Source: Selaginella moellendorffii
Taxonomy: Eukaryota > Plantae > Lycopodiophyta
Assembly (NCBI RefSeq): GCF_000143415.4
Contig: NW_003314271.1
Coordinates: forward strand, 2,028,806-2,092,805
Direction of reading: 5' to 3'
Length of the DNA stretch: 64,000 bases
Shown here piece after piece: positions 26,547 to 40,300 of the stretch (the first letter of the stretch is position 1; every line of letters begins with the position of its first letter). The notes under the pieces were generated by a model that was given only the letters and a program-made list of their open reading frames with translations, ran no database searches and was not told the origin of the DNA. Both the position numbers and the translations under genes were made by a program.

Positions 26547-26857
26547 CCAGAGGACTCATTTTTCTCTTTTGGGCTAAACTTTGTGGGAGTTCCTTGGGAG
26601 CGAAACAATCTTCAAGGAATAGGTAACCGTAGGAATAGGAATAGGAGGAGTAGGAACAAGAGTTGGTGTAGGAACAGAGACAGTAGGAATAGGGACAATA
26701 GGAACAGGCACAAGGATAGGAGTTGGTGTTGGAGCAGGCGCAGGAGCAGGAGTGAGAGCAGGGGGTTACCAGTTATAGGTTACAGGTCCCCGGTTACTCC
26801 AGCGGCTGCTCTAGCAGCTACTTTGATGGTTACCCCATGGGTCAATGGTTATGTGTG

Positions 26858-27453
26858 TGTAAGCAACCAAAGGGAACGACTCGAGAGACGATCCATAGGG
26901 GTTCAAATATAGAGGGAAAGGGCTTATGAATAAGAGTGCACCCCCTTTTCCAATCGGTTAAGGGTCTTGGGATAGTTGGAGTTAAGCATCCTTGGGTTTG
27001 AATAGTACTGGGTTGGGTGACCTCCCGGGAAGTCCAAATTCAGGAGCTTACATTTGGTATCAGAGCGGTCTCGGGTCCGACTCTGTTGGTTGGATTAGGG
27101 GAATCGCACCACATGTTGATTGACATCTGGCTGGTCCAGTTTGCTCCCGCTAGGCTCGACCCGAGGGGTAGGGTGTCAAGAGAGCGAGGCTCTCGGGAGA
27201 GCTGCGGCTCTCAGCTTCCGTTCACGAGGGCGTGAACTTGCAGGGAAGCGTGGTGGATTGTAAGCAACCAAAGGGAACGACTCGAGAGACGATCCATAGG
27301 GGTTCAAATATAGAGGGAAAGGGCCCATGAATAAGAGTGCACCCCGTTTTCCAATCGGTTAAGGGTCTTGGGATAGTTGGAGTTAAGCGTCCTTGGGTTT
27401 GAATAGTACTGGGTTGGGTGACCTCCCGGGAAGTCCAAATTCAGGAGCTTACA
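26858..27453 (+). mobile_element. Cassandra TRIM (5S rRNA-derived segment in its LTRs)
   Basis: 195-bp LTRs at 26858-27052 and 27259-27453, PBS TGGTATCAGAGC, PPT, TSD GTGTG. The LTR contains AGTTAAGCGT..TAGTACT..GGGTGACCTCCCGGGAAGTCC, matching the 5S A-box to C-box region. Confidence 0.93.
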
Positions 27454-30400
27454 GTGTGCTTGAGGTGTACATCTCCGTTTTCACCCTTATTCTTCTTCGT
27501 CACAGGCATTTTGGGCAACTTTGCGCAACTTGAGCACTAGCCTACAGTCGTCTTGCTCTTGTCAACCCAGTTGCGTTGATCAGGCATTTGTAGTGTTCAG
27601 GGTATTTGATGCCGGTACAAACTAGATGTATGACAAACTGACACCCTTTTACCATACCTCAAGCCCCTAAGGTATGGAGTAAACTTTCTAACATCCAAAG
27701 GTAGCTTAGGTACAACACTGCACCTTCTCAGGCCGAGTCCTCTTCATCTTCGGCAAATTCCAGTGACTTAGATCTACGAGCTATAGCGCAGCCACCTTTA
27801 ACTCGACCTCAGCTCCATGTTCTGCAGAAGGGGAGTGATCTGCCAACCTTCTTAGGTGTTGGAACAATCTCTCCAACATCGCATATCAGTCGCTTTGATT
27901 ACTACTGCACTTCAAACATGATCGTCGATGATGATCGTATGTGCCGCAACTTCTTGCAGTCTCTCGAAGGCAAAGCAGCAACTTGGGTAGATTCTCTCCT
28001 CCTAGAGGACAGGACAGACTTCCAGACACTACTTGCTTCTTTCAGAGAATGTTTCGTTGAAGAAAAACTCACAAATCGACTACTTATCGACCTCTTTTTG
28101 TTCTGGTAGGGTGCTCATGAATCTATTCTTGACTACATCACACGGTTTTGAGCATACTGGAAGCAGTGTTGGGATCGCAGAGTGGTCCAAGATGAGAAAC
28201 AGGGGATCACGACATTCACAGTGGGTCTGCGTGGGAACTTGCAGAGGAAACTTCTCAAAAAGACATTCCGGTCTTGCCGCGAGGCATTTTCATTTGCCAC
28301 AAAGTTGGAAAGAGAGCTTTTGGTTGACCTAGGGATTGCTAGAGTTGATTTTGACCAAGCCATCACCCCATCAGATTCACCTTGTGCAGCTGTTCGCCCG
28401 TCCACAACAAAGCCCGTCGCTATTGAGCATACACCTCTGGCTATTGAGAACTTTGCCAACGAGATGCGGCAGCTGAAGGAGATCATTCTTCAGTAGCAAT
28501 CACACCATGACAAACTGCTTCAGAAGCTGGTGGAGTCCAGGAAAGAGGCTGCTACAGCTCGGGAACGCATATTTAAGTCTCGTTGGTGCACTCACTGCGA
28601 GACAAACACACACAACACACAGTGCTGCTTCAAGCTTCACCCAGAGGTTCGGCCTCCATCTTCTCAATGTGTCCAACAACATCCCTTTGCTGATAATTCC
28701 ACATCGTCTTGGGGTCCAGAGACATATCATGAGCAGTTGGAGTGACAAGCGATTGAGGTAGGCCCTTCGTCAAGCAAAGGCAAGGCACCAGCCTCATCAA
28801 TCAACACGATTTTGGTAGCCGAGGAACTCTATAGGCAACAGCAGCAAACCGCAGGCACTCGAGCCCAAGCAAAGAAGAAGGCACCCGCTCAGCCTGCCAC
28901 AAATCCCTTGGCACTGGTTGAGAGTGAATCTCTGTCGGCACCAGATCCAGTGACACAGAGGGTGGCTTGTAAACTCCCCTTCAAGTCACTAGTCTCTTCT
29001 CCTCCTGAGATCTCACCAATACCTATACCTGTTTTGGAGCTGGTTCTTCAATAGCTGGTTGACACTCTCGTCACCTTTTCGCTCCGAGACATATTGTGTC
29101 TTGTCCCGGGATTCGGCCAGCATTTAGAGGAGTTTGCACGGTCAAGAACACCAGAGAGCACTCTCAAGAGGACTCCTCAAGAGGTGCACATTGTCAACAT
29201 GACAAGATATGGTAGAGATCCTGGTCCATTCTTTGTCTTGGTGCAGATTGGTACTTCCTCTTGTAAGATGGATGTTTTGGTTGACTCCGGTTCTAGAAGC
29301 AACATTATCTCTCTTGAGGCTGCCCTTTCAACACAGCTACAGATCACTAAGAGCTCCTCTATCATGCTCAAAACCTTCGCCAACCACACTGTTCCTCTAG
29401 CGGGCATTTGCTGTGGTGTCAAGGTCTTAGTGCAGGGTGTTATTTCTAAAGTGGATTTCCTCGTGGTTGACTACAAACATCTTGGAACGTCCTTTTTAAA
29501 GGACTCTATCATCCTTGGCTGCTCATGGCAAGTCACAGCCCATTGCACCATTGACAGCGCACAAGGCAAGATGGAAATTAGTGATGGAACCCATAGTGCC
29601 ACCTTTCTTAACAACCACAGCAGAGCTCTTTCTCAACAAGCCCAGCAAGCTCAGACTAAGATGGCCTCCACACCACCCTTCCCCCCCGAGCTCACAAGGT
29701 TTTTCCTAAGTTGGCGGTGGAGCCGACCATCTATATGACGGATGCTTTCTCATGCAATGCAATTGACATGGTTGGAGGTGAGTCAGATAGCCCGAGACAT
29801 CTCTCAGCTTCACTCTCTTTATTTGGAGTAAGGCCGAACCTCTAGACAAGCCCTCTTTATTTGATGGTGGGGCTTATAGAGTACAGGCTCCCATATCCAG
29901 CTTTTTTAAGTGTTTCTCGATAGAGGAAGGGCTCCTCAATTCATTTCTTGCATAGGAACAACTCTCTCTTATGGATCTTGACAACACAGTCACTCCATAC
30001 CAGGTCCATCTTTTGCAAGACACTCAATCCTCCTCAACAACTATCTAAGGTCTCACACAGCCAGCATCTTCCTACTAAAATTGCAGTAGCTGATGACTTT
30101 GAGTGTATTTTGTCATGCCATTTCTTGGAGACAGAGGATGACATCCAGATCCAAAGCTGGAAAAAACAATCAAACCAATCGGACGTGCTGCATGCGAGTT
30201 ATAGTTCTTTGAGTTCAGAATTTCCTACTGTGGAGCTCCCGGTACAGGTCCAAGTGTATTACACTGAAACTTCAGCACCAGACTTGGACTGGACTTCAGT
30301 GGAGGATCTTCCTTCACTTTCAGAGTACTTAGCTACAGTCCTTGCATTGGACATCGAGCGCTCAGAGCATCAGAAGCAAAGAGAACAACAGACAAAGACT

Positions 30401-31361
30401 CCAGATCCAACAGCAATGTTCTTGCTTGACTTGCTAGAGCTGGTCTGCGCAGATGTGGTGTCCCAGCATCTTTATTTGAAGAAGAGGACACTCCTATGAT
30501 TACAGTTTATTTTGACGGTGCTTTCTGCCCCAGAAACTAGGCTGCTGGCATTGGAGTTTGGATGATTGATTCTGCAGAAAACAAAGTAGCTGACCTCTCT
30601 ATCACTTTGCCAGCAACATCAGCTAATGAAGCAGAGTACTTGGTGGCTATCAGTGCCATGAAGTTGGCCACAGATCTCAAGTTTAGGTGAGTCACTTTCG
30701 TTAGAGATGCGCAACTCATCATACGCCAACTTACTGGAGAATACCAAGTCTGCGAAGAGAACCTGAAAGAGTTATGGCAGCGGGCAGTCAACCTGAAGGA
30801 TGAGTTCTCTCAGGTGACTTTTCAAAGTGTCCCTTGTGAAGAAAACTTTTGGGCAGACAGGTTATCACATCAAGCAATCACCATGATGTGAGAGGCAAAA
30901 GGCACTCCTTGCTCTTTAGTTTCCAAGGTCAGGGAGGAATCCAAGATAGATGAACCTTCTGAGCCCAAGGTTTCTCCAGATTCTAGGGTTCATCTAGGTG
31001 ATGACAAGGACCTGTTCTTTATCGCCACATCACTTGCTTCAACAAACATAGCAAAGCTCTTGGATCTCCTTCACTGTTTCAAGGATGTGTTTGCTTAGGA
31101 CTACAGCCAGCTTCTAGGAGTTCCCATGGACACGATTATGCAATAGTATTGTGCTTTCAGAGTCAGCCAAACCAGTCCGTCAAAAGATGTGGCGTTTCAG
31201 CCTGACAGCTCACTCTGAGATGAAGTTGGAGATCGAGCGACTTCTGGCAGCTGGCTTCATTTACCCTTTGGAGAGCTCAGAGTGGGTGGCCAATCTCGTC
31301 CTTGCATGCAAGGCAAATGGAAAACTTCGCCTCTGCATTAACTTTCGAGACTTGAACAAGG

Positions 31362-32362
31362 TGTAAGCTCCTGAGTTTGGACTTCCTGGGAAGTCACCCA
31401 GCCCAGTACTATTCAAACCCAAGGACGCTTAACCCCAAATATCCTAAGACCCTTAACCATTTGGAAAAGGGGGTGCACTCTTGTTCATGGGCCCTTTCCC
31501 TCTATATTTGAACCCCAATGGATCATCTCTCAAGTCGTTCCCTTTAGTTGCTTACAATCCACCACGCTTCCCTGCAAGTTCACGCCCTCGTGAACGAAAG
31601 CTGAGAGCCACAGCTCTCCCGAGAGCCCCACTCTCTTGACACCCTACCCCTCGGGTCGAGCCCAGCGGGAGCAAACTGGACCAGCCAGATGTCAATCAAC
31701 ATGTGGTGTGATTCCCTTAGCCAACCAACAGAGTCGGACCCGAGATCCCTCTGATACCAAATGTAAGCTCCTGAGTTTGGACTTCTCGGGAGGTCACCCA
31801 GCCCAGTACTATTCAAACCCAAGGACGCTTAACCCCAAATATCCCAAGACCCTTAACCGATTGGAAAAGGGGGTGCACTCTTGTTCATGGGCCCTTTCCC
31901 TCTATATTTGAACCCCATGGATCGTTTCTCGAGTCGTTCCCTTTGGTTGTTTATAATCCACCACGCTTCCCTGCAAGTTCACGCCCTCGTGAACAGAAGC
32001 TAAGAGCCGTAGCTCTCCCGAGAGCCTCGCTCTCTTGACACCCTACCCCTCGGGTCGAGCCTAGCCAACCAACAAAGTCGCGGACCCGAGACCCCTCTTG
32101 ACACCCTACCCCTTGGGTCGAGCCTAGCCAACCAACAAAGTCGGACCCGAGACCCCTCTGATACCAAATGTAAGCTCCTGAGTTTGAACTTCCCGGGAAG
32201 TCACCCAGCCCAGTACTATTCAAACCCAAGGACGCTTAACCCCAAATAACCCAAGACCCTTAACCGATTGGAGAAGGGGGTGCACTCTTGTTCATGGGCC
32301 CTTTCCCTCTATATTTGAACCCCATTGATCGTCTCTCAAGTCATTCCCTTTGGTTGCTTACA
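31362..32362 (-). mobile_element. Tandem Cassandra array (3 LTRs, 2 internal regions) inserted in the Tat RT
   Basis: LTRs at 31362-31556, 31762-31955 and 32169-32362 with a single TSD CAAGG. Removal restores NFRDLNK-ATVKDHFP. Confidence 0.93.
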
Positions 32363-35300
32363 CAAGGCAACTGTGAAAGATCACTTTCCGACTCCATTTA
32401 TTGATGTGATTGTGGATAAGATGGCTAGACACCGGTACTACTCTTTCATGGATGGCTTTCCAGGGTACAACCAAATCTTCATTCATCTGGATCATCGAGA
32501 TCTTATGGCCTTCCGGACACCTTGGGGTGTCTTCACTTTCAACGTCCTTCCATTTGGCTTGTGTAACGCCGAAGCTACTTTTCAGTGCTTTATGACCCAT
32601 GCCTTTCACAACTTGATTTGAGGCGCCTTGAGGGTGTATATGGATGATCTGTGCACGACCTCTGACTCCTTTGAGGATCACCTTGTGCACTTGGAACAGA
32701 TCTTCACTCGCTGCTGACACCAGAAGTTTTCATTGAACCCAGCAAAGTGTAAATTTGGGGTGACTGAGGGCCAGTTACTAAGCTTTGATGTTTCACAAGA
32801 TGGAATCAAGCCTCAGGTAGCCAAGGCCCAGGAGATTTTGGATCGGAACTGACCAACCAACTTGAAGCAGCTTCGTAGCTTCCTTGGGCAAATGGGTTTC
32901 TTTTGCCGTTTCCTCCACAACTATGCTGCATGTTCACGGCCTCTGATAGCTCTGCTACAACACAACATTCCATTTTTCTGGGGTGAGTCCCAACAACAAG
33001 CCTTTGAATCACTGAAGCAGTCACTCCGCACGGCCCCGGTACTCCAACCACCAGAACGACAACTTCCTTTCAACATTTCCATCACAATGGGTACGGAGGC
33101 TTTTGGAGTATGCCTTTGCCAATGTTCACAGCCTGGCAAGCCACCACATGCAACATACTATGCCTCACATTCGTTCAAGGAGACTGAGAAGAAATACGTG
33201 GATGCGGAAAAAGAAGCAATGGCTATTGTTTACACCTTAGAGCGATTCCATCACTTTCTCACTGGAGCCTGTATCCATTTTCACGTCTATTTTAATGTGC
33301 TGACCTTTCTTTTACAGCGACTGGTTCACAATCCTCGTGCTTTATCTTGGATTGTGACCATCCAACAGTTCCAGCCAACTTTTCACATGTGGCGGAAGCG
33401 TGTGATGGATCCAAGCGAGTTCCTGGTTGCTGAAGCTACTTCCTTTGTGGTCCTAGCAGCATTACAGGATGTTGCAGTGTACTTGGATTCAGGTCAGTTC
33501 CCAGCAGATTCCTCACCAGTGCAACAAAAGGCATTGGAGATCCGAGCACGGGGGTTTTGCCTTCTCGACAGACACCTTTACAGGAGGACTTCTCAAGATG
33601 TTTTGTTGTGGTGTGTGGGGGAACACAAGGCCCCTGAGCTCCTTCGCACTTTCCACTCTTGTGCAGGGCATTTCTCAGGACGAGTCACAGCACAGCTCCT
33701 CTTGTGCCATGGCTACTTTTGGCCTCGGATTCACCAAGATAGCTTGGCCTATACAAAGGCATGTGACCAGAACCAACGGTTCAACCCCCAGAGCCATGTT
33801 CCATGTCTTCCTTTCCAGCTCATTACTTCTCCAGGCCCTTTTTTCCAGTGGGGACTTGACTTCATCGGCCCGATCAACCCACCGAGCTCAAAAGGACAGC
33901 GATATATCATTGTGGCGACGGACTATTTCACAAAATGGGTCGAGCTCACCCCTCTGCGACAGGCAGATCAACAGTCTACAGCAAAGTTTGTCTACGAGTA
34001 CATCATTTGCCAATTTGGAGTTCCTGCTGTTTGGTTTCGGATCGTGGCAGTGGCTTCCTTGGATAGGTGATGTAGCATCTTCTCCAACAGCTACAAGTCA
34101 AGCACGTGAAGAGCAGCAGCTATTATCCTGAGTGCAATGGCCAGGCAGAGTCCAACAACAAGATATTGAAGACAGTCATCTCAAAGCTTGTGGAGGATCA
34201 CCCAAGGCATTGGCACGAACACTTGGTTACGGCGTTGTGGGCCTTTTGAACGTCCTTCAAGACATCCATCTCTGCGACCCCATTCTCCCTTGTCTATGGG
34301 ACAGAGGCTGTGCTTCCAGTGGAGATCTAGGTGCCATCACTCTCACTTTCACTTCGATATGCAGCAACGATGCAGCTTAGCGATGAGGACAAGCTTCATG
34401 CATGTGACTTGGAGGTTCTTGCCTTGGAAGAACAGCGACGATCCACATTGGAACATCTCCTTCGAGGCAAGCAGAAGATCAAGTCTGTCATTGATCACCG
34501 GCGGTTTGCCGAACCATTCGAGGATGGCAATCTGGTTCTACTCAAGGAGTTCACGCCACCTTCGAAGTTCTCCCCTCGCTAGACCGGCCCTACTTTGTCC
34601 AGCAACACATCGGAGGTGGAACATATATGTTAGTTGATGCTGATGGATGCGAGCTCCCACACGCTCACAACCACTCTCATCTCAAATGCTTCATCTGGTG
34701 AGGTGTTCCTCTTCTCTTCTTTTTCTTTTTCTTCCTTTCTTTCACTTTACTTTCATGGCTACTTTTCTTACTTTCAGAGGGTGTTTCTTCATTGGACCAT
34801 GGCTCATGCCTTGGATTTTGCACTCAGGCTGCATTGCCATTTCTATGGAGGTTCCTCGCTTGGCTTAGTCTATGTTTCAAGTTCTTTGGCCCTTCCCTTA
34901 CCATTACTACACCCCACACATTTCCCTCACTCATTCCATATCATCTACACTCACAATTCCATCACCAATCACTTCCAACAGCATTGCCCGGACTTATCTC
35001 TAGATGCCCGTCTTGCATCTTTCCTTCTTTCACCATCATTCACATCTCCGTTTGAGGTCATATTTACACCATATCATGGACACACATACATGCACCAGCA
35101 GCAAATGACACCACCTCATTTGGACATGCCGTTTCTGAGATATCCTTACGACCATTTTCCGACAATGCACTAGCTTTTCTGGAGCGACTTTCTTCCAACC
35201 AGGTGAACCTATTCACTCAAGGCACCTAGGTGGATCTTTAGGCAAGGCCACAGAAGCCGAGGCCACTTTCTTCTGCTCCATCACTCAGTGGACACATGCC

Positions 35301-36754
35301 ACCTCCCTTTACCGGCAACCTAGTGACTGCAACATCCTTTTCAGCTGCTGACTTCTTCAGTCCGACACATCAGACTGGCCACCTTCTCAGAGTGCCACCC
35401 CATCTTAGCGCCCCACCATATCACTCCACCATATTGGTGCTGGAGCAGGTGCAAGAGTAGGAGCGAGAGTAAGTGGTTACCGGTTATAGGTTACAGGTCC
35501 CTAGTTACTGGTTACCGGTTACAAGCTACTCCGAGTGGTCACTGCTTACTCTACAAGCCAACAGTGGCCACCTTTTCAGAGTGCCACCACTATCTCAGCG
35601 CTCCACCATATCACTCCATCTTTCATCATTTCCACACTTACCACCCTTGGGCAACGCATCCCCTCTTCTACCTCTCTTTCTTTCTCGATTTCGGCCAATC
35701 CTTGGAGCATACCGGAAGTCATCAAGAGGCTGCATTTGCATATTACACTTTCCTAAGCCGAAATTCAGGTACGGGTTAAGTTTTTTGGGTGCTCACTCTT
35801 TTTCCTCTATTTTCCTCCTCTTTTCACACTTTTTCTACACTTTTCTTCAAGTTTAGGATCCAGTTTGACTACAGGGTTTCCCACCGGGTTTTCCTCTCTG
35901 TTTCCAAACTTCACACCTACCTCTTTTCTTTCTTTTCCACTTTGTTTTCTAGAGTTTCTACTATTTCACGCAGCTACTAGCACTTGGCATCAGTAGCGGA
36001 GGTACACTCTACACTCTTCAGAGGGTTCTCACGCGTCTAGAGCTAGCGCGATCCACCGTGGTTGCATGTTAAGGCGTAGCCACCGAGAGTGTGTGTGTGA
36101 GAGAGAGAGGGAATATTCTGGTTCTCAAAATATTCCCCATCTTCCTTGTAAAATACCCCTGCCTCACAAGGGCAAGGGGGGGCATTTTTGAGAAGAGCAT
36201 TGAAGCATTTCTTGTGTTTGAGCGAGCATTGGGGGAGGCACCCCTCCTTCCCCCAACATCTTCACTGGAGTCCTCCTCATGCAAGGATTCCTCATCCATA
36301 GCCTCTTGTTCGACCAGAGGCTCCAGCTCTGGAGGAGGTTTCGTCTCCACCTTGGTTCATTTCCGCCCTGCCTTTGCCATCTCCCAGCAATCCGCCTCTA
36401 TCCTTCACTAGAACTAAGGAAAAGGCTCCGATACCAAATTATAAGCCACAAATTTTTCCTCTCTAATTTGCCAGCTTACCTCGTCTATCTGACCAACACT
36501 ACTTTGGCCTTTGCTAAGTTCCCTCGCCAAGGTTTCCACCTATTGTACTAACTCCTACTTGGTCCTACTTGGTTTCAGCTATTCATTGCACAAGCAACGG
36601 AACGTTAACCATCCATCCATAGATTCCCAAATCTCTCCCAATCCCCCTCCCCGGGTTAAACTAGACTTAAGGTTCAGCTACACTCCCCATAAGCACAAGC
36701 AGCCAAGCATACCAAACCTCTAGATTCTTAACATCCCTTGGACAACAAAACTGA

Positions 36755-36854
36755 NNNNNNNNNNNNNNNNNNNNNNNNNNNNNNNNNNNNNNNNNNNNNN
36801 NNNNNNNNNNNNNNNNNNNNNNNNNNNNNNNNNNNNNNNNNNNNNNNNNNNNNN
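36755..36854. other. Assembly gap (~100 N) with low-quality flanking sequence
   Basis: Run of N. 36855-37160 is a homopolymer-distorted version of the family A LTR. Confidence 0.95.
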
Positions 36855-37356
36855 GTTTTTGGGCCCCAAGGTTCTCAAGGGGGGCCCCCCTCCCCTTGGG
36901 CCGGGAACCCCCCAAGGGGTTTTCCTTCCGGGAGGGGGGGGGGTTTTTGAACCCTTCCTTGGGGGGCCCCTTGGGCCCCCCCGGGGTCCATGTTCTTTCC
37001 CCCCCAAGGTCTTTTGGTCCCAGTTTCAACCCCAAGTCGGTTTTTAAACCCCCCTAGAAAGTTCCTTCAAGAGGTGGTTCCGGGGCCCCCACGTTTCCCT
37101 TATTATACTTTTTGGAACCCCCTGGGGCCCCCCCCCCCCCCCCCCCCCCCCCCTCCTGGGAGACACACACTTTGGGTTTTCACCCCTTGATCTGTATTAG
37201 TACTCGGACTTGGTCTTAGACTTGATCTCGTACTCGATCTCGAACTCAATCTCGGACTCGACCTCAGACATGATCTCGGACTCGACCTCGGACTCGGTCT
37301 CGGACCCGATCTTGGCTCTCAAACTTTATCTCAAACTCGGTCTCGGAGTAGGCCTC

Positions 37357-40300
37357 TGTAGCGCACCTTATCTCTCTCCCCTTAAGCCAACTGGAAAAGG
37401 GGCAATTACTTGATGAGAGAGCCCTTAGTGGCTATTTTATCCCCATTTATCCCCCAAGGTTCCAAGGATCCACGGTGACAGTATATCTAAATCTCATCCC
37501 ATGATCACATGCGCTACACTCACCCCCCCTTCAGATATGTTAATGTCCTCATTGACTATTGACTAACAACCCCTACTGAGCTAAGGGGAACCAGCACCTC
37601 CATTTTTGCACTCAATCTACCAATCCTTCCATTGTGTAGACCAGCTATTCCATGTGAGGCAACTAGTCATCCACCCGTACCGCAGTCCCACGGTGGATAC
37701 CTTCGTCCGTGGATACTCCACACAAGAGGAAGGATGTACGCATGGATGCCCAATACGTACGATTTCAAATTTAGGGGTAGGAATATACCTTGCTCAAGGG
37801 TATATTATACTTTTAAGTAGCCACTAATCAATGGGAATCGAACCCATGCCATTTGCTCCGATACTAGCATAACATGCCACGTGTCCATGCCACGTGTCCA
37901 TAGGAACCCAAGGTTCAGGGCCTTGGGCCATTGAACAAAGGAACGGTGCCAAACTCCCAAGCGTGGAGCCAAGGAGTGATGGAACCGAACCACGGAGCAA
38001 CTCCCAAACATAAAGCCTAAGGAGCGAAGGGACAGGAGCCCGGAGCGACTTGGAACAGTCCTAGAGTAACCAGCATCCCAATGCCAAGACCAACACACAA
38101 AACGGAGCCAAATGGATGTAAGCGACTAATTTTTCCATTCTACTTTAGTAACTTAACCACACCTCTGACCACTTGGAGGAGTCTCATTCACAACCTCCAT
38201 AAGTCCAATCCAGGACTTGGGACTTGCTAGCCTCGAGAATGGCATCCATGCCACTCAACATTTGCACTTGGTCCAAGTGCTCCACGTGTCCGATCCCATG
38301 ACCGACACTCAAAGGTACCACCGACATAGCAGCCCGTTACGCTAAGGCCATGCCCAATCACCTTTGCCACACTGGTAGTCCAATACCACTTGCATCACAG
38401 TCTTGGCTCTCCAAGACTAGGCAAACCATCCGTGAGTGGTCATCTCAGATCCACTCCTTAGCATCCTTAGGATGCCCACCGATAAGGGGAATAGCCTTCC
38501 CCAATATCCCTCTGTCAGTCCCCACTAAGTCCCTTTTTGCCCCTGGCCGTGTTTGCCAACACTGCCACTGGATCGAGACCCACAGGCCCGACCACTAAGT
38601 CCCACGGTCCTCTGGGACTTCCTCACCACACGACTGTGTCCTTGGTCACTACCCCAGAGGACTGCTCCTCTTCCTTTCCACAATCTGGGCCTTTGGGACA
38701 ACATTTCGGAACACCGTGGCCTTACGCGAGCCACCTGGGTACTCTCCTCGCCTTCTGCCCTTGGGTGCTCTAGCCATGGGCTTAGAGCGGGTTCCGTTGA
38801 GCCACACCAAGTATCCAAGTAGGTAGTGCCACCCACACTTGGACTGGGAGCATCGGCCAGTCGATCTCCCGGGGGAACTAGAGCCGGCTCTTGAACATTT
38901 CACCAAGCTACCCCGCTTGTCGGTCCATGTTCATTCTAGTCTTGGACTTCCCAGTGGTCAGCTCATCACCCAACTTTGGGTCTGGCCTTCCTGGGCCAAA
39001 TTGGCCTTTCCTGGCCAAACTGGCTCCACTGGGCTCCAACCCCCACACTCTCCCTACTATACTTTTGGAACCCCCCGGGGGACGATCGCTTTGGGCTTTC
39101 ACCCAACTGCCTGTATTAGTATTCGGACTCGGACTCGGGCTCGGACTCGGACTCGGACTCGGTCTTGGTCCCGGTTTTGGACTCGGACTCGGTCTCGGTC
39201 TCGGTCTCGGTCTCGATCTCGGACTCGGTCTCGGTCTCGGTCTCGGTCTCGGTTCCATCTCGGACTCCATCTCGGACTCTATCTCGGGTCCATCTCGGAC
39301 TCCATCTCGGACCCCGTCTCGGGTCCATCTCGGACTCCATCTCGGACTCCGTCTCGGTCCATCTCGGACTCCATCTCGGACCCCATCTCAGGTCCATCTC
39401 GGACTCCATATCGGACTCCGTCTCGGTCCTTCTCGGACTCCTTCTCGGGTCCATCTCGGACTCCATCTCGGGTCCATCTCGGACTCCATCTCGGGTCCAT
39501 CTCGGACTCCACTTCGGACTCCAACTCGGGTCCACCTCGGACTCCACTTCGGACTCCAACTCGGGTCCATCTCGGACTCCACTTCGGACTCCAACTCGAG
39601 TCCATCTCGGACACTTCCACGTGTCATGTGTTGGTCCTTTTGGGTCCCTTTTTGGAGCCTCGCTTTTTGCTCGCTTTGTGCTCGTTCCTCGAGCACTTCG
39701 TTGGGGGTTCCACTCCCGCTCTTGACTTTTCAAGTCGGAGCTTTTGGTCCAAACGTGTTATGCTCGTTTGGCTCTCGCTTCGGCCACTACCACGTGGCGC
39801 CCTTCCGGCTCCACTTTGGGGCCTAGGGATTTTGTGTCTCACAACTCCACCACCCATAGACGAAGTTCGATGTCCTCATCGAACGGTAAACCGTTTTATA
39901 AAGTACCACCCGCATGTGTTACCACTTACATCCTTGGCACCTAGCCAATATTTGTCAATGGTTTGACATTGAAGGCTCACCATGCCTTCTCCATATTCGT
40001 CAATGGTTTGACACCAAAGGCTCACCATGCCTTGCCCATCCTCTAAGGAGGGTAGTCTCTCCAACTTAGAGACTGATTAGACCACATGTAGTGGTTCTCT
40101 CCTTTTATTGATTTAGTTCTTGCTAAACCTCTTAGAGACCCTTCTCTAAGTCAATACCACTACTCCTTCTCGAGTAGTCTCAATTTCCATTGATTGAACA
40201 TTTGCACCTTGGAACTTTTACTCTTTGACTTCTGGAAGTCAATTCCCTAGGTGTCTCCAACACCTTGCATTGCACATATTGTGCAACTCCACTCCCTCAC

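Larger units (their letters stand above)
25588..36258 (+). mobile_element. Non-chromovirus Ty3/gypsy, Tat type with PR-aRH-RT-RH-INT order (degenerate)
   Basis: Gag ~27800-28750 (FLQSLEGKAATW, CTHC..H..C), PR LVDSGS ~29275, extra RNase H YFDGA..NEAEY at ~30497-30880, RT (YMDD ~32640), RH, integrase WGLDFIGP..DYFTKW. Ends ...CCCCAACA at 36258, where the family A leader resumes. Left boundary is approximate. Confidence 0.82.

Noticed and set aside
26980-27436. 5S rRNA genes
   Set aside because: Only a ~56-bp internal segment inside Cassandra LTRs, not a full gene.
34634-36000. F/S/H-rich ORFs after the Tat integrase as an env-like gene
   Set aside because: Pyrimidine-rich low-complexity UTR with no recognisable motif.
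36667-37190. G/P-rich ORFs around the gap
   Set aside because: Low-quality homopolymer-distorted LTR sequence next to Ns.
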